This document shows, in pieces, positions 1-11,837 of a stretch of DNA of 64,000 nt; position 1 is the stretch's first letter, and the number at the start of each line of letters is the position of its first letter. This DNA is from Piromyces finnis finn (Eukaryota; Fungi; Neocallimastigomycota). Location of the stretch: contig MCFH01000030.1 of the NCBI GenBank assembly GCA_002104945.1, positions 310,001 to 374,000 of the forward strand, given 5' to 3'. A model generated the notes under the pieces. It was not told the DNA's origin, did not search any database, and saw nothing but the letters and a program-made list of their open reading frames with translations. The position numbers and the translations under genes are program-made.

Positions 1-2
1 AA

Positions 3-3000
3 ACAGAAAATCAGTCTGAAGCGGAATCCGAATATTTGAATGAAATTGTAAGTGAATCCATAAATGAATCCATAAATGAATCTAATAATAATGAATCTAA
101 AAATGAATCTGAATCTGTAAGTGAACCCATAAGTGAATTTAAAAATGAATCTGAATCTGTAAGTGAACCCATAAATGAATTTAAAAATGAATCTGAATCT
201 GTAAGTGAACCCATAAATGAATTTAAAAATGAATCTGAGTCTGTAAGTGAATCTATAAGTGAATTCAAAAATGAAACTAATAATAATGAATCTAAAAATG
301 AATCTGATTCTGTAAGTGAATCTATAAGTGAATTCAAAAATGAATCTGTAAATGAAGTTCAATATCAAGAAAATTCAAAACCGATGTTTACATTTAAATT
401 AAATAATAATGTTAAATATAAAATACAGTCGGAATTAAGATATACTATAAATAATAAACCTCGTATCAAACATAGGCATTTTTCATTCCAATTAGCAAAT
501 CAAGTAAATCCTAAATCAATGATAGATGATAAATGTTTATCAGAATTGGAACCAAAAAATGATTCATTTTTTAAATATCAAAATAAATCCAAAATAGATA
601 TGAAAACAAAATATAAGCCAAAAACTGGTCTTAATGAAATAAATGATAATATTAAGCAATTTAAATTCCAATCTGCTAATGAGAGAAAATATGATTTTCA
701 ACATAAATTTGATATCAATAATGAAGTTAAAAACCCAGAATTAAAAATTGAATTTGAAGAAAGTAGTAAAATAAAGTTACAAACAGAAATTGATTCTAAA
801 GAAAACAATCAACAACAAATTAAATCAGAAATTGAACAACAACAAAGTAAATCAGAAACTGAAATTGATTCTGAAAAATATGAGCAACAACAACTACAAC
901 AAAATAAATCAGAATTTGAAATTGAATCTGGAGAACATGAGCAACAACAAAATAGATTAGAATCAAAAATTGAAACAGATACTGAGAATTATTCTAAAGA
1001 TAATATATTAAATTCTAAATTAGATTCAGAATCTGAATCTGAAACATATGTAAATGAAATTGAACATGGAAATAAAGTTCAATCAAAATTAGAAGATAAC
1101 GAAATTCAATCTCAAATTATAAAAAAAGCATTTAAATTTCAAGAAAAAATTCAGAATAACCAAAATTTTAAACCTGATACTATACGTGGCGGAAAAATTG
1201 AATCCAAATGTAATTCTAGATTTAGCTTCTTTTCGTTTAATTCTTTTAAGTCATCTATTAAATCACAACCAAATTTAGAAAAGGAAAAATATCAATCCCA
1301 AATTAAGTCACAGACTAGACCATTTAATGAAATTACTAAAAAATCACATTCTAAGCGTTTTACATTTCAAGCTGCACCAAAACAAAAGCAACAATCAGAA
1401 TATGAATTAAAACCTCATTTTAAGTTCAATCAATTTAATCGTATGCCTCAGAATAATTATGAAAATAAAAAATTTTCATTTCAATCTGTTGTAAAGCAAC
1501 AAAACAAGCAAGATGACAAACCAGAAGAAAATTTTAATATTGATTCTATACATAATTCAGAAAAAGAATATAAAATTAATACTCACATTAAATTCGACTC
1601 AGATTCTGAAATGGAAATTGAAGTATCAAATAAGGAAAATAATAAAGCAACAGAATTGTTGTCAGAATCTAAATTAAAAATTGATGAAACCCTATCAGAA
1701 CCATCAGTTCAACCTGAACAATTAATTGAATTAGAACCATTAAATGAATCAGAGCCATTAATTCAACTAGAGCAATTAATTGAATCAGAGTCATTAAATG
1801 AATCAGAGCCATCAGTTCAACAAGAATCATTAAATGAATCAGAGTCATTAAATGAATCAGAGCCATCAGTTCAACAAGAATCATTAAATGAATCAGAGTC
1901 ATTAAATGAATCAGAGCCATCAGTTCAACAAGAATCATTAAATGAATCAGAGTCATTAAATGAATCAGAGCCATCAGTTCAACAAGAATCATTAAATGAA
2001 TCAGAGTCATTAAATGAATCAGAGCCATCAGTTCAACAAGAATCATTAAATGAATCAGAGTCATTAAATGAATCAGAGCCATCAGTTCAACAAGAATCAT
2101 TAAATGAATCAGAGTCATTAAATGAATCAGAGCCATCAGTTCAACAAGAATTATTAAATGAATCAGAGTCATTAAATGAATCAGAACCATCAGTTCAACA
2201 AGAACAATTAATTGAATCAGAGTCATTAAATGAATCAGAACCATCAGTTCAACAAGAATCATTAAATGAATCAGAGTCATTAAATGAATCAGAGCCATCA
2301 GTTCAACAAGAATCATTAAATGAATCAGAAGTATTAACTGAATCAGAATCATTAGCTCATCCAGAATTATTGATTGAATCAGAATTACCAATTCAACATG
2401 AAATATTATCTCATTCAGAACCTCAAATATTAGAAAAACCTCAATATGATATTCCAGAACAATTTATTCCATTATGCCGCTGTCATAAACAAACAAGATA
2501 TCGTAAATTTTTCAAAGCGAATGATCAAAGAGTAAAAATCATTTCAAAATGGAGTGCTAACAAGGAAAAAGAGCATTCATCTAGTCAATACGATGTGAAG
2601 TCAAGTTTTAAAAAAGAAATAATAATTCGTCAATTATTTGATGAAGATGAACAAAAAGATCAAAAATCAAAAAGTGGATGTAATAATTCAATAGAGAATG
2701 AAAATGATAATAATAAAGTAAACATAAAAAAGCTAGATAATTGCATGATTAATCATCATCATCATAAAAATCAAATAAAAGCAAATTCGATTCAAGAGAA
2801 TAAAAAGAGAAAAATTGTTAGAGAGGATCGCTTTCTTTTTTCACCTGAACCAACTTCATATCTTGTTAAGAATAGCCATAATATTCACATAAATAAAAAT
2901 AAGTTAAACGTAATAAATGTTAATCAAAAAAGTACAGATGATATAACTAAAAATAACAATAAACAAAATGATTTAGAAAATTCATCAAAAATAACAATCA

Positions 3001-4599
3001 AAAATGATGGTTTAGATGAAGTCTCAAGAGTCATTTCTAATAATAATAATTTAGAAGGTTCACAAGAAATTACAATGAAAAATAACTATTTAGTTAATAC
3101 TAAATCTGATAATGAAGATGAAGCTAAGCACTCTTTATTTAAAAATATTATTAAAATATTTAATTACAAAAATTATAAAGCATCTGGATCTAAAAAGAGA
3201 AAGAGATATGAAAATGAAAGTGAAAGCGAAGAAGAAAATGAAAGTGAAAGCGAAGAGGAAAATGAAAGTGAAAGCGAAGAGGAAAATGAAAGTGAAAGCG
3301 AAGAAGAAAATGAAAGTGAAAGCGAAGAAGAAAATGAAAGTGAAAGCGAAGAAGAAAATGAAAGTGAAAGCGAAGAAGAAAATGAAAGTGAAAGCGAAGA
3401 AGAAAATGAAAGTGAAAGCGAAGAGGAAAATGAAAATGAAGAAGAGAATGAAAGTGATAAGGAAAAAGAGAATGAAAATGGAAATGAAGAAAAAAATGAA
3501 AGTAAAGAAGAGAATGAAAGCGAAAGCGAAGAGAAAAAAGAAAGTGAATCTTCAAAGAGACATTTAAGTGATTATATTTATGAATTAAGAGATTCAATTG
3601 ATCTTCAAAATACTTTAACACCAGTTACAAGTGTTATTAAAAATAACTTGAGTAAAGTTAGAACTCAATTCATATCATCATATCATATAACTGAAAAGTG
3701 CCCAATAAAATTTTATAAAAATTTCGTAGATGATGGTCCATTATTAAATGAAATAATTTGGAATAGTAATCATTCAAGATATAAACTTTTGATGATTGTT
3801 GGAAATCACACTCAAAACATAAAAGTATATGAAGTAAGTTTATGAAGTTAAAATTATACAAATGCGACGATATTATTATTTATATACATATGTAATTATA
3901 TTAATATTTTTTTTTTTTTTTTAATAGGTTCCTTTAACATGGAAATCTCTTAGTTCACATGCTGCATATATTTTAGATTATGGAGGTGAAACTTTTATTC
4001 AATTTATTGGTTCTAGATGTACAGCAACTGAAAGATTATATTCTACTAATATTTGTAATAAATTAAAAAATAAGGACTATTATGGAAGAGGAACAATTTG
4101 TCATTTTGAGGAAGAAGAAGCAATTACAAATGAATCATATATTTTAGATTTGTTTTGGGAAACACTCGGTTTAGCTGGAACTACTTCAGAATACAAAAGA
4201 AGAAGAATAGAAAAGAATAATAAAAAATTAGAAGTTGTAATTGTTCACGAAAGAGAAAACGAATCTATCGAAACTTTAATAAATGTTTATAACGTAAACG
4301 TTGAAAATCAATGTTTAGATCTAATTCACGAAGGTTCAATGCCAAATTATAGAATTCTTAATTCAAATTCAGTTATTATTTTAGATGCCTTTAGTGAAAT
4401 ATATTTATGGAAAGGTAGTAAATCATCTTTTGAAACAAGAAATCTTGGTATTAAGTTAGCCAAGCAGTTATATAATAGACACCCAAATTATTTAAGACCA
4501 TCATGGGCTGTTTTAGAAAAAATTAATGAATCATTTGAACCAATATTATTTACTGAGAAGTTTAAAGATCGTTATGTGTGGGATGATATCCTTAACTAA
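3..4599 (+). CDS. Large acidic low-complexity protein with C-terminal gelsolin/villin-type repeats (5'-partial; intron 3834-3927)
   Basis: The frame is open from the window edge. A phase-0 GTAAGT...TAG intron (3834-3927) joins ORF 36..3845 in frame to an exon reading VPLTWKSLSSHAAYILDYGGETFIQFIGSRC, then LNSNSVIILDAFSEIYLWKGSKSS. Both match the gelsolin repeat pattern (L-N-S-x-D/x-x-F/I-I-L-D...I-Y-x-W-x-G). Stop at 4597-4599. Confidence 0.7.
101..345 (+). repeat. Coding tandem repeat, ~42-bp unit (KNESESVSEPINEF)
   Basis: About 4-5 degenerate copies of aaaaatgaatctgaatctgtaagtgaacccataaatgaattt; ends approximate. Confidence 0.85.
1790..2330 (+). repeat. Coding tandem repeat, 54-bp unit (QESLNESESLNESEPSVQ), ~10 copies
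   Basis: Near-identical copies of caagaatcattaaatgaatcagagtcattaaatgaatcagagccatcagttcaa. Confidence 0.95.
3210..3430 (+). repeat. Coding tandem repeat, 24-bp unit (ENESESEE), ~9 copies
   Basis: Repeats of gaaaatgaaagtgaaagcgaagaa. Confidence 0.95.
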
Positions 4600-5210
4600 T
4601 AAAACATTTACAATCAAATAATTTTATTTCAAAAAATAAAATAAAAAGATATTTTAAAATTTTCAATACCAATAACTATACTATTTTAAATATACTCTGT
4701 TTATATTTATAAATACATTATTAATATAATGTTAAAACAATAAGATAAAATAATATTTTATTTTCATTTATTAATTATTATCTATAATATTATAATTTTG
4801 GAACAGTATTATATATTTACTTTTTTTAAACACAATAATTTAATCAATTATTTACTAATTCATTAGTAATATATATTTATTTCTTTCAATTATTATATGT
4901 CAATAAATTTTGATCATTAAAATATAAAAAACAATTACAATATTATTTATGCGTGTAGGATTTTAATTATTTATTATTATTACTATTTTTTTAATTGTAA
5001 ATAAAATAATTAATGAAGAGATAAATAAGTTTTGATCTTTAAATCTCCGATTGTTTATATTAATTTTTATTTGCCAATTTGTTATTTTTTGCATTAATGT
5101 AGGTAACACAAATTTTTAATTTTTAATATAATAATTAAGCTTTATTATGTATAATATTATATTATGTTTAAAAATTTATTCTTATTCTTGTAATATTTTA
5201 TAAAGACAAA

Positions 5211-8200
5211 ATGTCAAACTATAAAATAGAAGATATATTTAGAATTTCATCCACACGATCAAATGCATTAAGAGTATGTAATAAAAAAGGGGGAAAGCAT
5301 TTATCAGAAATTGTCGTAGGAGATAATACTGGAAGTATTTATTTTTTGAGGCCTAATAGAAAAAATAATACAATAGAAGTAATTATATATATATTTTAAA
5401 TTAAAGAAATTATAATATATTTAATAAAGAAATTCTATTTTTTTTTTTTTTTTTTTTGTATTTTTAGTTAACATGTTCGAGAAATATAAGTCAACCTGTT
5501 GGAACAATACAATCATATAATAGGGATGCAATATATATATCAACAGGATCATATATTGAGGAATATAATCATAAAGTAATATAACTAAAGAAAACATCAT
5601 AATTTATTTTATTAGTATATTAAACGACAAAAAAATAATACAATAAATTATAATAATAAGAAAATATTTAAAATAATATTTTATTATTTAAAATAAAAGG
5701 GGAAGAAAGTGTTATCATTTGATACAAATATAATTGATAATATACAAGCAATATGTGTTTGTGATGAACTTATTATTGCAGCTACTCAATATATTGTTTC
5801 ATATTATAATCATAATATAGAAAAAGAACAATATATTTCTAATGGTATTTTATATTAATACAATATATAAAAATTAATAAACAAAAAATATATTTTAAAC
5901 TAATTTATTTATATATATATAGATGTGATGAAATTTGTTACATTTGGTAATTTAAGTGATACAGAAAAAATTTATACATTTGTTGCATGTCAAGATAAAT
6001 CAATTAAAATTCTTTTGGTATATTCTACAATAAATTATATCTTATTAATATTATAGCAAAATACATTTGAACTAAAGAAAATATAAATAAATATTATATT
6101 ATTAAAAGAAATCAACTCTAATATATGAAATAGAAATTAACAGTATTCCAAATGTTCTATGTTTATCAACAAGAAATATAGGGTAATATAAAATTAAAAT
6201 AATAAATATATTTTTAATATTTATATACTTATAATTAAAAATTATATTATTAGTCAGCTATTTTATGGAACAACAAAAGGTGAAATTGTTTCTTTAAAAT
6301 ATGAAAATAATGATATTAAAGAAAATTGGAGAATTACTGAAAACGATACTTTGGATTCAATCGTTTCAATGAATTATTATTATCACGCAAAATTGGATTT
6401 AGAATTAATTGTTATAGGATTTGAATCTGGATTTGTAAGACTATATCATATTGATGATGGATTACCAAAACTAATATTAAGTGAATATTTACAAGAATCA
6501 ATAACAAATGTTGCTTTCGCATTTATAAAGCCAGAATTAAAACTCCCACAAATTATTGCGTCAACATTTTCTGGCAGAATTGTTCTTATATGGAGAAATC
6601 AAGAAATCGTTGATATTAATAGTAGTCAATTTTACATTGCTATGGAAGGAATTGATAATACAAAGGAAAATGGATCTGATTTTGAAGATAATAACAATGA
6701 TGCAAATGAAGAGAATACTGATAAAATTATTGAAAGTAGAATTTTAAATCAGCAAAAATTAAACAATATTGTCAAGGCTAAGACAGAAAAACTAAAAAAA
6801 TATAATAGCGAAGTTAATTTTAATGACTTAAAGAAGCAATATAATATACTTATAAATGATATAAATACGTTGCAAAAAAAAGTTGATAATGAAAAAGAAA
6901 AATTAAACTCAATCTTACCACAATCTCTGCATTTGGATGATCAATTTGTATGTACTATTATATAAAAATAGAAAATTTTCCAAAACAATATTTATTAAGC
7001 TAAATAAATAATATATATATGATAACTATAAAATAATAGGATCTATTCCACATTAAACAAAGATTTGAATTAGATTCCTCTGAAAAATGTTATGCTTTAA
7101 TTATTGACACAGATATTCCAATTCAGAGCATTTTTTTTAAATGTAACTTCCCGATTGTAATTAAAAAAGAAAATCATTCTGATATTATTGATAATGATGA
7201 AATAGGGTCATTAAAAATTAATATAAGTTCAAATGAAGTAATTATATAAATATATAAAAATAGTAATAATATATATGATGTAATATATTTAAAATTATAT
7301 ATTACTAAATTAATAATAGAGGGAAAAATATTCATATTCAGGAACATATATATGCCCTCCAAATTCTCTAAAAGCTAGACTACAAGTATTTAAATAATAA
7401 ATAACTAAAACTCTTTCAAAATTATAATTCGTTAATAATATATATGAATATATTGTATTAAAATATTAATTAATAAGATATATCCAATTGAAGGAAAATA
7501 TGGTACTATAAATATTTATGTTGTTCCGAATACTACACCTCCAACATATCAATTAACTTCAGTAATTGTTAAGCCATTGTCTTTACATGAACGTGTCAGA
7601 GAAAATGAAATTGGAAATATAAACGAGTAAATATATCATATGCAGCTTATAATAAATATTGCTAAATATAATTTAAATATAATATAATATTAATGATTAA
7701 ATAGCTTTACAAATCGATTTCCAATTAAAGGTGACTTATCATTGTCAGAAATACAAAAATTTATAAGTAATTGTTTCCCTCAAGTACCTGAAAAGTAGTT
7801 ATTTCATATGATAAAATATAAGTTAATATATACATAATATTAATTGTTAAATTTAAATATAATAATTATAGGATTCATGAGGATTCTTCTGAATATGTAT
7901 ATTATTTTAAAAGTATAGTCATTGATTCGGGTGTATGCTGTAAATATAGGTATTGTATTCATTAAATAAATAAAGTTTTTTTTTTAGTCTTCTGAAATTA
8001 ATATTTATAACAACATTCACTTATTAAAAGAGTTGGGGAAATTGAATTTTCATCGAATAATATTACTTCTCTTTCCGTAATTTATGAAATTTTATCCAAA
8101 AAGACTTTATCTTTAAATAAATCATTCGAAACTTTTTCTTTAGATATCCTTTTTATAGATACCTTATTTGAACTTTTGCTTTTTAATCTGGACATTTATC

Positions 8201-8734
8201 TTTAACTTTTTTTTTATTATTTATTATATATAAAAATATATATATAATTAATTTTTTAATCGATAATACAGATGGATGATAAATTAGTTAAACCATTACT
8301 ATTACAATTATATAATGGATTGGAAAATGCAATTAATATTATAGAACAACATGATTTGCTTATTCCTGTATTGAATGAATTGTCATTGCAAGAAAATGGT
8401 AACATATCATTCTTTGATGCTGATTTACTAAATATAATGGATAATCATAAAGAAATTGAAGATAATTATGAAAATATGAAGGATATACAAATTAAAAGAT
8501 TTATAGAGTATGTATAAAAAAAAATTAAAATAATATCTTTATATATTTTAAAAATATCATTAATTATTTAAACGAAATACTAGGGGTATAACTTCACTTT
8601 ATGTAGTTCAAAAGAAATGTCATGGTATTAGTAATCCATCAACTCTGAATAAATTAATTGAATTACTTGAAGAATTTAAGTCTTTTAATGGAACAAAAAT
8701 AGATTGGAATCAGTTATGGCCATTTTTTGAATAA
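5211..8734 (+). CDS. BBS7: BBSome subunit BBS7 (multi-exon)
   Basis: Spliced exons give motifs collinear with animal BBS7 as I recall it: EIVVGDNTG, LLSFDTNIIDNIQAI, FVACQDKSIKIL, LFYGTTKG, IYVVPNTTPPTYQ..IVKPLSLHER, KGDLSLSEI..CFPQVPEK, FSSNNITSLSVI. Stop at 8732-8734. Confidence 0.88.
8144..8269 (+). other. U12-type (minor spliceosome) AT-AC intron in BBS7
   Basis: The 5' end is ATATCCTTTT (U12 consensus RTATCCTTT) and the 3' end is ...ttttttaatcgataatAC. Removal gives tta g|ag atg, in frame with ORF 8272..8517. Read-through hits TAA near 8203. The adjacent AG (8270-8271) would shift the frame. Confidence 0.8.
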
Positions 8735-9002
8735 TATATTTAATATTAATGAAATATATTGTAAATATTATATATATTATTAAAAAAAAAAAAAAAAAAA
8801 AAGTGTATTCTTTATTTCTGTTATTAAAAGAATAATAAATATACCCATTAAAAATAATATATTCAAAAATTTTTTATATTAATTATTTTTCTATTAATAT
8901 TCTTGATTAAAAATATTATAATAAAAACTACACAAAACAATTTATATTTATGTTAATAAAATATCTACCTAAATTCAAAATATTAAATTAAGTTTGTTTA
9001 AT

Positions 9003-10371
9003 ATGAATTTAGTTAATTATTCCTCCAGTTCATCAGAAGATGAAATTGATAAAATATATATTAAAAGTGACATTAATTTAAAAAAAAGAAAAATTAATAA
9101 TGAAAATAATGATAAGAAATGTAATTCAAATAAAAAAATAAAAAGACCTCCAATACCAAATGAAATTTTAACAATGTATGGAGGTAAAATAAAAGACATT
9201 ATTATATAGAATAATAAACAATTTTCATATTAAAATAATTATTGACTTTCTTGTTGTATTTATAATAAAAGATGAAAAATACGTTATTGACAAAATTAAA
9301 CCAAGTAGAGCTCCAATCGATAAACCGATTGAAGGCAATTGGTAAATGTTAAATTAATTATATTATTACATTTGAATTAAATATTTATTAATGTTTTTAT
9401 TGTAATAATTATATATTTCAGGCCTTCATATGTATATATTATTGGTAATAAAGATTAATGTTTTATTTAAATTTTTATCATTATTAATTATTATTAATTA
9501 TTTTTTTTTTCTTTTTTATTATTGTTATTGTTGTTTGCTTTTAATAGTTGATTTTCCTGAAGAGATGTTAGACACCATTAAAGAAATTAATTTAAAATTA
9601 GAAAAATATAATTCAAAAATCCATGGTTTTAATTACGATAAAAATGAAATTCATATTAGTCTTTCAAGAACAATTTTTTTAAAATATTTTCAACATAGTA
9701 GATTTTGCGATCTTTTTTTTGAGAAATTATCTGGAATGTCAAAGTATTTTATATTTTTTATTAATTATCATCAATTATATAATAAATTTATAAAATTAAA
9801 TATATTAAAATTTAAAATTTATTATGTCTATTAAGATTTTATTTAAGCTTTGATAAATTCAAAAGTTATATTAATGACGATGAAACAAGATCTTTTTTTA
9901 GTTTAAATGTTGGAACAGGATTTAATGAGGTAAAAAACTTTCAACTTCTTTTTCATATCCTATTTTTATTTTTTGTATTTCAAATAATATATATTAATTT
10001 TTACCAAATATATAAATAAAGCTTTATACAATTATGAAAAAAATTGATGAATTAGTATTGTCATTTCATCAAAAACCATTTTATTCAGTAAGTAATTTAT
10101 AAAATAAAAGATATATATTCGTAAGCTTGCCAACCAATTTTTTTTTTTTTCATTAATTTTTTATTTAAATTTGAATATCTTTAAAAATAAAATATAGCCC
10201 CCACAATACCATGCAAGCATTGCATGGGCTGAAGAAAAATCAATCATAAATGAAGAAATAATAAATCTATTTAAAAATAAATATTTACATAAAATTTCTA
10301 ATAATTTAATACTTGTTAAAGAAATTCAACTAAAAATTGGCTATAAATTAAAAACGATTTCTTTATTGTAA
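9003..10371 (+). CDS. USB1: U6 snRNA 2H phosphodiesterase Usb1/Mpn1 (multi-exon)
   Basis: N-terminus MNLVNYSSSSSED, then EGNWPSYVYI, two HxS catalytic motifs (HISLSR and HASIAW), NDDETRSFLSL. GT-AG introns. Confidence 0.9.
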
Positions 10372-11837
10372 TTATAATTTTTATAATTTAATATTTCGAT
10401 ACATAAATATAAACTAATAAAAAAAAAATAGATTACTTTTTAACTTCATATTTAAATTATTAAATAAGCTTTTATAAGTAATATGTAAATATTTTTTATT
10501 TATTAAAAATTATGTATAAAAAAAATTTTAAATAATATTATAAAAATAGTATTTTATTATAACACTTTCGTATGCTCATTAAATAATTCTTTATTATATA
10601 AATTATTAATAATAATTTTAATATTAAATAAAACTTATTCAAAAATCATAAAAAGCATTAAATAATATTTTTATTAAAATAAAATTTAATACTATTAAAA
10701 AGTCTTTTGTGAAAAAAGGTCTCAAATTTATATAATGAAATAATTAAAACTGTATATTTATAAAGAATAGAGAAATTTTAGACATAAGAATTATTAATCT
10801 ATATCTATCATTAAGTTAATATTTATATATTTTAAATATTTTAATGTGTTTTTAAAAAATATTTAATATGTTATTATAAAAGATTTAATTATAATACTTG
10901 ATGTCTTACATTATATAAATATAAATAAACCAAATGAACTCTATATCTAATCTTTTTAATTATAAAGATTAGAAAGAATTTAAAAAGTGTTAATAATACT
11001 TTTAATAATTTTTTAAAAACTCTGAATAATATAGAAAATACCGTTTATATATATATATGGTAAATCTATTTTAAAACTATTTAATGATGATACTAAACTT
11101 TAATATAAATTTTAATTCTACAATTTTATACGATTTAAAGAATTAATATTTTTTTTTTTAAAAAATAAACTTAAATATTTTTAATTATATACATAGTACC
11201 TAAATATAAATGCTTTATTTAGGAAATTATAATGCTAATTTATAATATTTCAGAAAGTTATACAAAATTATACATTTTCAATTTTTTTTTTTAAAAATCT
11301 AAAGCTATATTATCTACCTAATATAATATTATAGATTCTAAAAAGTAGTAAAATAAATTACTAATACGGTTATAAAAAGAAATCATATTATGTTTTGAGG
11401 AATTATAATGAAATATGATATATAATTTATATTATTAAAATAAATTAAGAGAGGAATCGAATGATAAAAATTCTTTCTTATTTGTATTTTTAATAAATTT
11501 TATTAATAATATTTGTATTATAATTTATAAAATTGTATTACTATCTCCTAATATTAATATTTAATATTATAAATAATAAAAAAGAAAAGGTTAACAATAA
11601 ATATAATACTAATATTAATAAAATATTATTATTTTATAAATGAAAATTCTAATAATTTTTAAATATTTTTTCCTTTATAATTATTATTATTTAATATTTT
11701 AATAAATATCAAATAACATTTAATTATACACTATTAAATAACAATTAAACCGAAAAAAATATATATTATATATATTGTAAATTGAATATAATTCTACTTT
11801 AAAAAAATATAAATATTAAATATTTAGAGAATAAAAA

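Noticed and set aside
1790-2330. Regular repeats as a possible CRISPR array (also 37561-37875)
   Set aside because: No unique spacers, unit lengths are multiples of three inside ORFs, and the context is eukaryotic.
11-3621. Antisense and alternative-frame ORFs (11..337, 1669..2391, 3112..3567, 3190..3621)
   Set aside because: Shadows of stop-poor coding tandem repeats in the main ORF.
4586-4600. ATATCCTTAAC at the end of the gelsolin gene resembling a second U12 5' splice site
   Set aside because: It reads naturally as D-I-L-N-stop after a complete gelsolin repeat, deviates from ATATCCTTT, and no plausible downstream exon was found. RNA-seq would settle it.
8782-8801. Poly(A) runs after gene ends (also ~17538-17560, ~58317-58349) as signs of retrocopies
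   Set aside because: The genes retain introns, no TSDs are seen, and homopolymer runs are common throughout this AT-rich DNA.
10372-11837. Long AT-rich intergenic tracts (also 31300-32770, 46630-48170) as ncRNA or tRNA sites
   Set aside because: No tRNA cloverleaf, rRNA-like segment or repeat structure was recognisable.
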